Shown piece by piece: positions 53,162 to 64,000 of a stretch of 64,000 nt of DNA. The notes beneath the pieces are model-generated. The model ran no database searches and was not told where the DNA came from. It saw nothing but the letters and a program-made list of their open reading frames with translations. Made by a program: the position numbers and the translations under genes. The number at the start of each line of letters is the position of its first letter. Position 1 is the first letter of the stretch. Source of the stretch: an uncultured Alphaproteobacteria bacterium (GTDB lineage Bacteria; Pseudomonadota; Alphaproteobacteria; UBA11222); NCBI GenBank assembly GCA_947258435.1, contig CAMYID010000022.1, positions 106,961 to 170,960 of the forward strand, written 5' to 3'.

Positions 53162-53956
53162 ATGAGAGAAAAAATACGCCGGCTCGTCGAGGGGCCGAAA
53201 TTCCAGAACTGCATTGTCACGCTGATCATAGTCAATGCCGTTATTCTGGGGCTTGAAACATCCGACAGCATCATGGCGGCCCATGGGACCTGGCTGAAAT
53301 GGCTCGACGCCCTGATCCTTTCTGTTTTTGTTGCCGAAATCGCGCTGCGGATTTATGTGCACCGGCTGCGCTTCTTCACCCAGCCCTGGAGCATTTTCGA
53401 TTTTGCCATTGTCGGCATCGCACTCATTCCCGCAGGCGGCCCGTTCGCGGCCCTGCGCGCGCTGCGTGTCTTGCGGGTGCTGCGCCTGATTTCGGTTATC
53501 CCGACCATGCGCCGGGTGATCGAGGGGCTGCTATCCGCCATTCCCGGCATCGCGTCGGTGGCAGCCATCATGTTGTTGTTCTTCTATGTTTTTGCCGTCA
53601 TCGGCACGCATCTTTACGCCGATACTTTCCCGGCCTGGTTCGGCAGCCTGGGCAAAACCATGTACACATTGTTCCAGATCATGACCCTTGAAAGCTGGTC
53701 GATGGGCATCGTGCGGCCGGTGATGGCGGAACATCCCGGCGCATGGGCCTTCTTCATCACCTATATTCTGGTTACCACCTTCACCATGCTCAATCTGTTC
53801 ATCGCGATCATCGTAACCGCCATGCATCAGGGCGAGGATGAACAGGCGCAGGCCAGCCGAAATGAAATCCGCAATGTGCTGAGCCAGGAAATGAAGGCGA
53901 TGGAAACACGCCTGCTTGCCGAAATCAGGGAACAGAAAAACCGGCCGCCGGAATAG
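53162..53956 (+). CDS. bacterial voltage-gated sodium channel (NaChBac/NavAb family, single 6-TM domain)
   Basis: S4 voltage sensor with four Arg at every third position (RALRVLRVLRLISV). Selectivity filter FQIMTLESWSMGIV matches the NavAb-type TLESWSM. Start at ATG 53162; the track's 53153 is TTG. Confidence 0.8.
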   Translation: MREKIRRLVEGPKFQNCIVTLIIVNAVILGLETSDSIMAAHGTWLKWLDALILSVFVAEIALRIYVHRLRFFTQPWSIFDFAIVGIALIPAGGPFAALRALRVLRVLRLISVIPTMRRVIEGLLSAIPGIASVAAIMLLFFYVFAVIGTHLYADTFPAWFGSLGKTMYTLFQIMTLESWSMGIVRPVMAEHPGAWAFFITYILVTTFTMLNLFIAIIVTAMHQGEDEQAQASRNEIRNVLSQEMKAMETRLLAEIREQKNRPPE

Positions 53957-54037
53957 CGGCACGCAGACCCAGATCCGCAGCCGGTTCGGCCACGGGATGC
54001 CCGTCCTGCTATGCGCAACGCGCGGATCGCGGCCGTG

Positions 54038-54868
54038 TCAGAGCCCTTTGGCGAGCCGGTCGAATGCGAGAAGCCGTGCAAGCAAGGCAGGCATGTCGGC
54101 CAACGGCACCATATTGGGCCCGTCCGAGGGCGCAGTGTCGGGATCGGGATGGGTTTCCATGAACAGCCCCGCCACCCCGACCGCAACTGCCGCGCGCGCC
54201 AGCACCGGCACGAATTCGCGCTGGCCGCCGCTTGACGTTCCCTGCCCGCCGGGTTGCTGCACCGAATGGGTGGCATCGAAAATCACCGGGCAGCCGGTGT
54301 CCGCCATGATCGGCAAGCCGCGCATATCCGATACAAGGGTATTATAGCCAAAACTTGCGCCGCGCTCGCACAGCATCACCTGCTGATTGCCGGCTCCTAT
54401 AAGCTTGTCGGCGACATTTTTCATATCCCAGGGCGCAAGAAACTGACCTTTTTTGACATTGACCGGTTTGCCGGTGGCCGCCGCCGCCAGCAGCAGATCC
54501 GTCTGCCGGCAGAGGAATGCGGGTATCTGCAGCACGTCGACCGCTTCAGCGGCGGCGGCGCAATGTTCGGGCAAATGCACATCGGTCAGCACCGGCACAC
54601 CGACGCTCGCACCGATTTCCGCCAGAATCGGGAGTGAGGCCTCAAGCCCCAGCCCGCGCGGCGTCGCGGCGCTTGTCCTGTTTGCCTTGTCGAACGAGCT
54701 TTTATAGATAAGTGCGATCCCCGCCGCGTCCGCAATCTGCTTCAGGGCGGCGGCAACCTCCAGCCCATGGGCGCGGCTTTCAAGCTGACAGGGCCCGGCA
54801 ATCAGCACCAGCGGCAGGCGGTTGCCGATACGGATCTCACCGACACTGACAATTCTCTGTTCGCCCAT
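54038..54868 (-). CDS. kdsA: 3-deoxy-8-phosphooctulonate synthase
   Basis: 276 aa. [12 protein letters not shown] start. [11 protein letters not shown] motif. Confidence 0.9.
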   Translation of the reverse strand: MGEQRIVSVGEIRIGNRLPLVLIAGPCQLESRAHGLEVAAALKQIADAAGIALIYKSSFDKANRTSAATPRGLGLEASLPILAEIGASVGVPVLTDVHLPEHCAAAAEAVDVLQIPAFLCRQTDLLLAAAATGKPVNVKKGQFLAPWDMKNVADKLIGAGNQQVMLCERGASFGYNTLVSDMRGLPIMADTGCPVIFDATHSVQQPGGQGTSSGGQREFVPVLARAAVAVGVAGLFMETHPDPDTAPSDGPNMVPLADMPALLARLLAFDRLAKGL

Positions 54869-54882
54869 CGCCCTTTCCTTTT

Positions 54883-56526
<1,644 letters not shown>

Positions 56527-56603
56527 TCAAGTTTGGCGGCCGGACAAAGCCACCATTGGATAAAAATTCAAAACTCCCCGAAAACCGGGCGAAAAGCGAC
56601 CGC

Positions 56604-56912
56604 CTATTCGGACAGGGGAACCGCAGGCAAGGCCGGGGTGGGGCTTTCCTCGACCGTTTCAGGGACCGAATCGAGAATCGAGGGCTGTTCGACCTGCTGC
56701 CGCGCAAGGATGGTGAGAATGATGCTCGTCATGAAAAACGCCACCGCCAGAATGGCCGTCGTCCGCGTCAGCGCATTCGCCGCCGCCCGCCCGGTCATGA
56801 AGCCACTCGGTCCGCCGATCCCCAATGCACCGCCTTCCGATTGCTGCAGCAAAACGGTCACAACAAGGGCAACAGCCAGTATGAGGTGGATGACGATGAC
56901 AACGGTTTCCAT
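56604..56912 (-). CDS. secG: preprotein translocase subunit SecG
   Basis: 102 aa. LILAVALVVTVLLQQSEGGALG signature. Confidence 0.85.
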   Translation of the reverse strand: METVVIVIHLILAVALVVTVLLQQSEGGALGIGGPSGFMTGRAAANALTRTTAILAVAFFMTSIILTILARQQVEQPSILDSVPETVEESPTPALPAVPLSE

Positions 56913-57025
56913 GATTTCGCGCTCATCTTTGCCTGTCTGACGCGATACGGACGCGCTGGTCCGTCATTTCCGCGCTTTCGAGCGGGCACTCTTACCCGTG
57001 CGGGACGGTTCTGTCCAGTGGGCGC

Positions 57026-57095
57026 GGCGATTCGGGGCAGGCGGGCGGCGATTTTGCTGCATCCGGGTAATCGCCCGCACCGCGCACTGGCGATT
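57026..57095. promoter_or_regulatory. periodic GGCGATT motif array (3 direct + 1 inverted copies at about 21-bp spacing) in the secG/dapB divergent region
   Basis: GGCGATT at 57026, 57047 and 57089. AATCGCC at 57069. 60-130 bp upstream of the dapB ATG. Confidence 0.4.
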
Positions 57096-57154
57096 TACCC
57101 TGGCCCCCCGGCTTGCTATAGGGTGAACAGATTCCCAACAGAGATGACAGCAAG

Positions 57155-57970
57155 ATGACCCAGTTGAAGATTGTCGTTGTCGGCGCCGCGGGACGGATGG
57201 GGCAAACCCTGATCCGGCAGGTCGCCGAAACAGAGGGCTGTGTTCTGTCCGGCGCGACCGAGCCTGACGGCGCACCGGCAATCGGTCGCGATGCGGGGGT
57301 GGTTGCCGGGGTCGGGGAACTTGGCGTGCCGATCAGCACAGATCCCCTGCCGCTGATCGCGCAGGCGCAGGCGGTGCTTGATTTCACCGCCCCGGCGGCG
57401 GCTGTGACACATGCAGGGCTATGCGCCCAGGCGCGGATCGTGCATGTCATCGGCACCACCGGCTTCAGTGCGGCGGAAGAAGACAAGATAAGCGCGGCCG
57501 CGCGGCACGCGACCATCGTCAAGGCAGGCAATATGTCGCTCGGGGTCAATCTGATCGCGCAGCTGACGCGGCAGGTCGCGCAATTGCTCGACCCCGATTT
57601 CGACATCGAAATCGTCGAAATGCATCACCGGCACAAGGTCGATGCCCCCTCGGGCACCGCCCTGTTGCTCGGTCAGGCGGCGGCTGACGGGCGCGGCGTC
57701 GATCTCGACGCGGTGGCTGATCGCGGCCGCGACGGGATCACCGGCGCGCGCCAGCCGGGCCATATCGGCTTTGCCGCGCTGCGCGGCGGCGGGGTGGTGG
57801 GTGAGCATAGCGTGCTGTTCGCCGCGGAAGATGAAATCATCGCGCTGTCGCATCGCGCCTTTGACCGCTCGATCTTCGCGCGCGGTGCGGTGCATGCCGC
57901 AAAATGGGGCCAGGACCGCGCGCCGGGGCTTTATTCAATGGCCGATGTGCTGGGCTTTTCGGGCGACTGA
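57155..57970 (+). CDS. dapB: 4-hydroxy-tetrahydrodipicolinate reductase
   Basis: 271 aa. [20 protein letters not shown](P) motif. [18 protein letters not shown] catalytic region. Confidence 0.9.
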   Translation: MTQLKIVVVGAAGRMGQTLIRQVAETEGCVLSGATEPDGAPAIGRDAGVVAGVGELGVPISTDPLPLIAQAQAVLDFTAPAAAVTHAGLCAQARIVHVIGTTGFSAAEEDKISAAARHATIVKAGNMSLGVNLIAQLTRQVAQLLDPDFDIEIVEMHHRHKVDAPSGTALLLGQAAADGRGVDLDAVADRGRDGITGARQPGHIGFAALRGGGVVGEHSVLFAAEDEIIALSHRAFDRSIFARGAVHAAKWGQDRAPGLYSMADVLGFSGD

Positions 57971-58827
57971 CCGGCTGTGCGGGCGCGTTCGAAAGCCAGT
58001 ATCGCCTGCTTGCGCGCCACCCCCCAGTGATAGCCCCCCAGCGCACCGGATTTACGCAGCACCCGGTGGCAGGGAATAAGATAGGAAATCGGATTGCGGC
58101 CATTGGCGCTGCCAACCGCGCGCACCGCGCCCGGCCGGCCGATGAACCGCGCCAGATCCTGATAGGATACGGTCTGGCCCGGCGGGATCCGCAGCAGCGC
58201 CTCCCACACCTTGATCTGGAAATTCGTGCCGATCAGCAGCAACGGCACCGATGCGGGCTCCGCGCCACTTTCCGGCAGGGCAAAGATCTGCTGCACCCGC
58301 CGCGCGGCGCGTTCGGGCGTCGGGACATATTGCGCGGCGGGCCAGCGGGCGAACATATCGGCAGCCACCGCCGGCTGCTCCCCCTCTCCCGCGAAGGCCA
58401 GCCCGCAAATACCCCGTTCGGTCTCAAGCACCAGACAATCGCCAAACGGCGAGGGGTACCAGCCCCAGCCGATCTCCACCCCCCGGCCCTGCGCCTTGAA
58501 CGCGCCCGGGGTCATCGCCTCATGGGTGATCAGCAGATCATGCAACCGCCCCGGTCCCGACAGCCCCACCTCATAGGCGGTGTCGAGCACGCTGTGGGAC
58601 TGGCGCAGCAGCGCGCGCGCCTGATCGGCCGCCATCGCCCCCAGAAGCTGCTTGGGACTGATCCCCGCCCAGCGGGTAAACAGCCGCTGAAAATGCGACG
58701 GGCTGAGACCCGCCCGGTCGGCAATTTCACCGAGCGGGGGCCGCGCGGGATAATGGGCGACCATATAATCGATGGCCTGCGCGATCTGCGCATAGGCTCT
58801 GGCAGCATGTGCGTCTTTTTCACTCAT
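57931..58827 (-). CDS. AraC-type HTH fused to O6-methylguanine-DNA methyltransferase (Ada/AdaA-like regulator-repair protein without the Zn methylphosphotriester domain)
   Basis: N-terminal HTH_AraC ([21 protein letters not shown]). C-terminal MGMT with active site IPCHRVL. Its 3' end overlaps the dapB 3' end by 40 bp (convergent). Confidence 0.8.
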   Translation of the reverse strand: MSEKDAHAARAYAQIAQAIDYMVAHYPARPPLGEIADRAGLSPSHFQRLFTRWAGISPKQLLGAMAADQARALLRQSHSVLDTAYEVGLSGPGRLHDLLITHEAMTPGAFKAQGRGVEIGWGWYPSPFGDCLVLETERGICGLAFAGEGEQPAVAADMFARWPAAQYVPTPERAARRVQQIFALPESGAEPASVPLLLIGTNFQIKVWEALLRIPPGQTVSYQDLARFIGRPGAVRAVGSANGRNPISYLIPCHRVLRKSGALGGYHWGVARKQAILAFERARTAGQSPEKPSTSAIE

Positions 58828-58878
58828 GAGGGTAATCTAGGCACCGTCGCATGATCCCGGCCACCCGATTCTTGCGCG

Positions 58879-59460
58879 CTAAGTCGGTTCGGGCGCGTCG
58901 CGGGCAGTGACGAAGTGATGGCCGCCGCGGTGCAGATCCAGCGCCTCACGCAGGGCGCCCGCAAACTCGCTGCGTTCATCGGTGGTCAGGAAATTGCCGA
59001 AGACCAGATATTTGCCGTGGGAGCGGATCGCCAGCAGCGGCCCCCCGATCGCCTTGCCGATCAGCTCGACCCGCGCCCAATAGGGCTGAAACGTCCATTT
59101 GACGATCCGGCCATTGGGCAGATGCCGGCGAATCGCAAGCTCGCTATCGCTCAGCTTGACCGTTTCATAAAGCCGCGCGCGGCGGAAACTGACCCGGAAC
59201 GCAATATAGATCAGCAACACATCCAGTCCGAAAAACCCGATAACCGGCCATGCCCCCATCAGGAAAAAGGCAAGCCCCACCGTCAAGCTCACTATCGAGA
59301 CAAACAGCATCAGCGCGAGAAATCCGCGCCGCCCGAGCGAGGCATGCGGATGCAGCACCGCGTCGAAATAAAGGGTTTTTCCGTCTGCGCCAGCCATCGG
59401 GGTAAAATAAACGCTGAAAGGCTTTGCGTCGAGGGGGCCGCGCGATAATGTCGCGCTCAT
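58879..59460 (-). CDS. DUF2244-like integral membrane protein
   Basis: LHPHASLGRRGFLALMLFVSIVSLTVGLAFFLMGAWPVIGFFGLDVLLIYIAF. The start is either the Met at 59460 (whose ATG shares CATG with the nth start) or the internal Met at 59397. Confidence 0.5.
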   Translation of the reverse strand: MSATLSRGPLDAKPFSVYFTPMAGADGKTLYFDAVLHPHASLGRRGFLALMLFVSIVSLTVGLAFFLMGAWPVIGFFGLDVLLIYIAFRVSFRRARLYETVKLSDSELAIRRHLPNGRIVKWTFQPYWARVELIGKAIGGPLLAIRSHGKYLVFGNFLTTDERSEFAGALREALDLHRGGHHFVTARDAPEPT

Positions 59461-60097
59461 GACACGTCACGACATCACCGAATTTTTTACCCGCCTGCGC
59501 GCGCGCGACCCCGAACCGCAGAGCGAGCTTGAGTATCGCAACGCCTATACGCTGCTTGTGGCCGTGGTGCTGTCGGCGCAGGCGACCGACAAGGGGGTGA
59601 ACAAGGCGACAGGGCCGCTTTTTGCTGTCGCCGACACCCCTGAACAGATGGTCGCCCTGGGTGAGGACAAGGTGCGCGACTATATCAAATCCATCGGGCT
59701 GTTCCGGACCAAGGCGAAGAATGTCATCGCCCTGTCCGAAAAGCTGATCGCTGAATTTGGCGGCCAGGTCCCGCGTGAGCGTGCCGCCCTTGAAAGCCTG
59801 CCCGGCGTCGGGCGCAAGACCGCGAATGTCGTGCTCAATGTCGCATTCGGCGAACCGACCATGGCAGTCGATACCCATATCTTCCGGCTGGGCAATCGCA
59901 CCGGGCTTGCACCGGGCAAAACCCCGCTTGAGGTGGAAAAGAAACTCGTCACGCGCATCCCGGCGGAATTCATGCGCCATGCGCATCACTGGCTTATCCT
60001 GCACGGGCGTTATGTCTGCAAGGCGCGCAAGCCCGACTGCCCCAATTGCGTCGTCGCCGATCTGTGTAAATTCAAGGGCAAGACCATCGCGGCCTGA
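59459..60097 (+). CDS. nth: endonuclease III
   Basis: 212 aa. HhH-GPD motif LPGVGRKTANVVL. 4Fe-4S cluster ligands CKARKPDCPNCVVADLC. Confidence 0.9.
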   Translation: MTRHDITEFFTRLRARDPEPQSELEYRNAYTLLVAVVLSAQATDKGVNKATGPLFAVADTPEQMVALGEDKVRDYIKSIGLFRTKAKNVIALSEKLIAEFGGQVPRERAALESLPGVGRKTANVVLNVAFGEPTMAVDTHIFRLGNRTGLAPGKTPLEVEKKLVTRIPAEFMRHAHHWLILHGRYVCKARKPDCPNCVVADLCKFKGKTIAA

Positions 60098-60121
60098 TTG
60101 CCGTGCCTGACCCGGTGCCGG

Positions 60122-60568
60122 CTAACCGCGCTGCCGCATGACCAGCGCATCGATGCATCCTGCCGTTTCAGGCTCGGCACCATTGTCACGCGCCCCGAAC
60201 TCCGCATGGGTGACCTGTGCAGGGCCTGTTTGCGCGCCACTCCCTGGATAAAGAAACAGGAACAGCACACACTCAGCCCCCACATATCGCCACATCTCGC
60301 CCGGCCCTTCGCGCCGCAGCAGGCCCGGCTCGCCCAGTAAATCGCGCAATCCCTGCGCGGTCATGGCCACCAGATCGTCGAGCCCGTAGCGCGGCCTTGC
60401 CGGCGCAACAGGCGGTTGGGGCGCAGGCGCGGTTCGCGGGGCAATTGCCGCGACCGGCTGCATCACAGTCCCCGCGCCGGGCCGATCGGCACCCGGCGCA
60501 AGACAGGCACTGAGCGACAGACCAAGCGCAACAGCACCAGACCGGGCAAGCCGCAACGCCGCCTGCAC
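60122..60568 (-). CDS. hypothetical lipoprotein (lipobox LSLSAC), Pro/Ala-rich
   Basis: MQAALRLARSGAVALGLSLSAC signal/lipobox. Overlaps the upstream CysZ-like gene by 1 nt. Confidence 0.4.
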   Translation of the reverse strand: MQAALRLARSGAVALGLSLSACLAPGADRPGAGTVMQPVAAIAPRTAPAPQPPVAPARPRYGLDDLVAMTAQGLRDLLGEPGLLRREGPGEMWRYVGAECVLFLFLYPGSGAQTGPAQVTHAEFGARDNGAEPETAGCIDALVMRQRG

Positions 60569-61236
60569 TAAACCGCCTGCCGGCTGGCAAGCCCCTTATA
60601 GACATGCACCATGAAAGCCGCCCCGAACAGCGGTACGATCAGATTGAAGATAGGGATGACAAGCGGCAGGGCGATCACCACACCGGCCAGGGTGATGCGC
60701 AGGCTGTTTTGCTGGCGCAAAGCCTTGACGGTGGCCGCATCATGGTGCCGGATCGCAACCATCTCGAAATATTCACGGCCCAGCAGATAACCGTTCAGCC
60801 CGTAAAAAATCGCCAGATTGGCCAGCGGCAGCAGATAAAGCGGCAGCACAAGAATATTGGCGATCACCAGGATCGCGGTAAAGCGCAACGCCATGGCCAG
60901 GGTTTCCGGTAAAGGCGGATCGCGCGAAGGCGGATCTGCCGGATAGTGTTTTGCTTCAACCGCATCGGCCACCTGATCAAGAAAGATGCCGATAAAGAGC
61001 GAGGTGACAGGCACCAGAAGCCAGATCGAACCGATCACCACCCCCAGCCCGGCCAGCCAGCCGACCGCATCGTTCAGCCAGCCAACACCGAATTCGGGGA
61101 TAAGCCCGATCCCGTAAAAGGCCGCGATACCGATCGCGATCAGCAGCAACAGGGTCAGTCCGAGCGATTGCAGCAACAATTTGCGAAATGCCGGATCGGG
61201 CAATTGCCGGATCGCTTTCATGGCCGATTGAAACAT
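60568..61236 (-). CDS. EI24/CysZ-like membrane protein (putative sulfate transporter family)
   Basis: Start at MFQSAMKAIRQLPD. About 4 TM helices. The PLYLLPLANLAIFYGLNGYLLGREYFE region is typical of the family. Confidence 0.5.
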   Translation of the reverse strand: MFQSAMKAIRQLPDPAFRKLLLQSLGLTLLLLIAIGIAAFYGIGLIPEFGVGWLNDAVGWLAGLGVVIGSIWLLVPVTSLFIGIFLDQVADAVEAKHYPADPPSRDPPLPETLAMALRFTAILVIANILVLPLYLLPLANLAIFYGLNGYLLGREYFEMVAIRHHDAATVKALRQQNSLRITLAGVVIALPLVIPIFNLIVPLFGAAFMVHVYKGLASRQAV

Positions 61237-61407
61237 AAGGTCCTTCCTGTTGCGCTGACGGAGTGCGCCGGCGGCATCACCTGTCGGCATATCCTGTCTG
61301 CATATATTGAGACTAGCACATCACCGCAAGGGCGGACGGCAGCGTGCTTGCGCCGCAACGGCAACCCCCTATACTGCGCCCCGCAAGCTGATATCAGGGA
61401 GGAAAGC

Positions 61408-62400
61408 ATGACGAGTTCGGGCGGCAATGGCGCACATTTCGATATTCTGGGGATTGGCAATGCCATTGTCGATGTGATCGCCCCTGCGGATGACAGGTTT
61501 CTCACCGATCACGGAATCGCCAAGGGCGGCATGACCCTGATCGATGCCGAGGGCGCGACAAGCCTTTATGGCGATATGGCCCCCGGTATCGAAATGTCCG
61601 GCGGCTCGGCGGCCAATACGATTGCGGGCATTGCCTCGCTGGGCGGGCGCGCGGCCTATATCGGCAAGGTCCGGAACGATCAGCTTGGAGAGGTGTTTGC
61701 CCACGATATTCGCGCCATCGGCGTACATTACGATATGCCGCTGGCCCCGGACGGCCCGCCAACCGCGCGCTGCCTGATCCTTGTCACCCCCGATGCGCAG
61801 CGCAGCATGAATACTTTCCTGGGCGCAAGTCAGGAGCTTGGGCCTGACGATGTGGATGAGGCACTCGTCGCGGCCGCAACCATCACCTATCTTGAAGGTT
61901 ATCTGTGGGATCCGGTGCATGCCAAGGACGCCTTTCGCAAGGCGATGGATGTTGCCCACGGCGCGGGCCGCCAGGTGGCGATGACCCTGTCGGATTCATT
62001 CTGTGTTGACCGCTACCGCGACGAATTTCGCGATCTGGTCGATTATCAGATCGATATCCTGTTTGCCAATGAAGATGAGATCAAATCGCTTTATCAGGTC
62101 GATGATTTCGACGCCGCATTGCAGGCGGTGCGCGGCAAATGCGACATCGTTGCACTGACCCGCTCAGAAAAGGGCAGTGTCATCCTGACCGGAGAGGAGG
62201 TGCATGTGATCGATGCGGCGCCTGTCAAAAAGGTGATCGATACAACCGGCGCGGGCGATCTGTTTGCGGCGGGTTTCCTTTACGGCATCACCAACGGTCG
62301 TGACGCGGCTGCCAGTGCGCATATTGGCGGACTTGCAGCAGCCGAGGTGATTTCACATATGGGTGCGCGCCCGGAAATCGATCTCAAGACATTGCTTTAG
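61408..62400 (+). CDS. PfkB-family carbohydrate/nucleoside kinase, adenosine kinase-like
   Basis: ATG 61408 behind GGGAGGAAAG. N-terminal GIGNAIVDV. C-terminal DTTGAGDLFAAGFLYG anion-hole motif. Confidence 0.75.
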   Translation: MTSSGGNGAHFDILGIGNAIVDVIAPADDRFLTDHGIAKGGMTLIDAEGATSLYGDMAPGIEMSGGSAANTIAGIASLGGRAAYIGKVRNDQLGEVFAHDIRAIGVHYDMPLAPDGPPTARCLILVTPDAQRSMNTFLGASQELGPDDVDEALVAAATITYLEGYLWDPVHAKDAFRKAMDVAHGAGRQVAMTLSDSFCVDRYRDEFRDLVDYQIDILFANEDEIKSLYQVDDFDAALQAVRGKCDIVALTRSEKGSVILTGEEVHVIDAAPVKKVIDTTGAGDLFAAGFLYGITNGRDAAASAHIGGLAAAEVISHMGARPEIDLKTLL

Positions 62401-62460
62401 GCCGGTTGTCGGGCGGGTTGTCCGGCCCGACAATTTATGCCGCTGTCAGACGATTACTGG

Positions 62461-62838
62461 TCAGCGTGCATCTGCCAGCATCCGCCCGACCGGATGACCA
62501 CCCAGAATATGGATGTGAAAATGCGGTACCTCCTGATGCGCGTCGGGACCTGCATTGCTGATCAGCCGGTAACCATTGCCGCCGCCCGCCTGCGCTACAC
62601 CAAGCATACGCCCAACCTGACCTGCCATGCGCCAGAAGCCGGCAATTTCGGCATCTGACGCATTGGCCGAAAAGTCATCCAGATCGATATAAGCCGCCTT
62701 CGGGATGACCAGCGCATGCACGGGCGCCTGTGGCGCGATATCGTGAAAGGCCAGGGCATAATCGTCTTCGGCGATACGGTTACACGGTATTTCACCGCGC
62801 AGGATGCGGGCGAAAATATTACTGTCGTCATATGCCAT
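62461..62838 (-). CDS. HIT-family (histidine triad) hydrolase
   Basis: Start at MAYDDSNIFARILRGEIP. The triad HFHIHILGG. Confidence 0.8.
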   Translation of the reverse strand: MAYDDSNIFARILRGEIPCNRIAEDDYALAFHDIAPQAPVHALVIPKAAYIDLDDFSANASDAEIAGFWRMAGQVGRMLGVAQAGGGNGYRLISNAGPDAHQEVPHFHIHILGGHPVGRMLADAR

Positions 62839-62857
62839 GGTTTTATCCGTTATCAGA

Positions 62858-63187
62858 TTAATCCGTGCGGCTATTTTTTTCCTCGATCCCCGAAATGCCT
62901 TCGCGTCGGGCAAGCTCCGCACATACGTCGTCAAGACCGACATCGCTTGCCTGTAACAAGACAAGCAGATGATAAAGCAGATCAGCCGCTTCCGCCCGCA
63001 CCGCGTCCTTGTCCCCGGTCATCGCGGCGAGTGCCGTTTCCACCGCTTCCTCGCCAAGTTTCTTGGCAGGCAGAAGCGGCGCACCGGCAAGCAGCTTTGC
63101 GGTATAGGACGACGCGGAATCCGCACCCGCGCGCGCAGCAATCGTTTCGCTGAGTTTTGCAAGAATATCTGTATGCGGATCAGTCAT
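62858..63187 (-). CDS. hisE: phosphoribosyl-ATP pyrophosphatase
   Basis: 109 aa. [34 protein letters not shown]. Stop overlaps the hisF 3' end region. Confidence 0.85.
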   Translation of the reverse strand: MTDPHTDILAKLSETIAARAGADSASSYTAKLLAGAPLLPAKKLGEEAVETALAAMTGDKDAVRAEAADLLYHLLVLLQASDVGLDDVCAELARREGISGIEEKNSRTD

Positions 63188-63972
63188 TGCTGTCCCTCCG
63201 CTTTTTCCTGTTCGGGCAAACGCACGGGCACGCCCGCATCTGCCATATAACGTTTCGCCTCTGAGATCGAGAATTCACCGAAATGGAAAATCGAGGCGGC
63301 AAGCACGGCACTGGCCCTGCCTTCGATTATGCCATCGGCGAGATGCTGCAATGTACCGACACCGCCACTTGCAATGACCGGTACCGATACGGCATCGGAA
63401 ACCGCACGGGTCAGGGCAAGATCGAAACCCGCACGCGTACCGTCGCGATCCATCGATGTAAGCAATATCTCGCCCGCGCCCAATCCGGTTACCTGTCGCG
63501 CATAATCGATCGCATCGATACCGGTCGGCGTGCGGCCGCCATGGGTCCAGATTTCCCATTTTCCGGGTACGGACTGTTTTGCATCGATCGCCACGACAAT
63601 ACATTGGCAGCCGAATTTTTCAGCCGCCTCGCGCACAAGTTCGGGTCGGTTGACCGCGGCGGTATTGATCGCCACCTTGTCAGCGCCCGCATGCAGCAGG
63701 CGGCGCACATCTTCCACCTTCCGCACACCGCCGCCCACCGTTACCGGCATGAAGCATTGTTCGGCGGTTTTAGCGACCACGTCATAGATCGTATCGCGCG
63801 CATCGCTCGATGCGGTGATATCGAGAAAGCAAAGCTCATCCGCCCCTTCGGCATCATAGCGCCGCGCCTGCTCGACCGGATCTCCGGCATCGACCAGATT
63901 GACGAACGAAATGCCTTTGACGACGCGGCCATTATCGACGTCAAGGCAGGGGATGATCCGGGTTTTCAGCAT
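63184..63972 (-). CDS. hisF: imidazole glycerol phosphate synthase cyclase subunit
   Basis: [20 protein letters not shown] start. [11 protein letters not shown]...GGGVR motifs. Confidence 0.95.
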   Translation of the reverse strand: MLKTRIIPCLDVDNGRVVKGISFVNLVDAGDPVEQARRYDAEGADELCFLDITASSDARDTIYDVVAKTAEQCFMPVTVGGGVRKVEDVRRLLHAGADKVAINTAAVNRPELVREAAEKFGCQCIVVAIDAKQSVPGKWEIWTHGGRTPTGIDAIDYARQVTGLGAGEILLTSMDRDGTRAGFDLALTRAVSDAVSVPVIASGGVGTLQHLADGIIEGRASAVLAASIFHFGEFSISEAKRYMADAGVPVRLPEQEKAEGQQ

Positions 63973-64000
63973 CCCAGCACCCGCAGGGCCTCGGCCGGAT
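63966..64000 (-). CDS. hisA: 3' end of a hisA-like gene (partial, runs off the window end)
   Basis: Minus-strand frame ...[10 protein letters not shown] ends in a TGA that overlaps the hisF ATG as ATGCTGA. Only 11 codons are visible. Confidence 0.4.
   Translation of the reverse strand, partial: PAEALRVLGC

Overview
This 64-kb window is a high-GC (about 63-65%) alphaproteobacterial chromosome segment, and its gene order suggests Sphingomonadales-like core genome. There are no rRNA or tRNA genes, no CRISPR array, no transposase and no phage genes. The main blocks are listed here. (1) A MoxR-DUF58-BatA-like 'Bat' cluster. (2) DUF1285, nudL, a small membrane protein and cca, followed by xerC-like, tal and priA. 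(3) The F1 ATP synthase operon atpHAGDC. (4) A long minus-strand housekeeping run rplU-rpmA-obg-proB-proA-nadD-rsfS-rlmH-envC-like-ctpA-polysaccharide deacetylase-rppH-alpha/beta hydrolase-APC permease. (5) An OmpA-family porin with a repeat-rich promoter and a repeat-rich terminator region. (6) A more accessory-looking stretch at about 32-47 kb: a secreted cysteine-containing protein, two alpha/beta hydrolases, a hybrid PAS histidine kinase, a LolA-like/PuuD-like/LLM-oxidoreductase operon, an orphan ptsN, a GT2-phnN operon, a tandem cold-shock-domain protein, usp and a CDP-alcohol phosphatidyltransferase. (7) tsaE/amgK-like, fnr, a DivL-like Tyr-for-His pseudo-histidine kinase with a periodic motif array upstream, NMO, PPK2, a bacterial voltage-gated Na+ channel, kdsA-pyrG-secG, dapB, an ada-like gene, nth, adenosine kinase, HIT and hisE-hisF-hisA. 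I found no compelling defence or mobile system. The most unusual items are regulatory and repeat architectures and a few odd gene pairings, reported below with explicit uncertainty. All calls rest on reading motifs and translations by eye; no searches were run.
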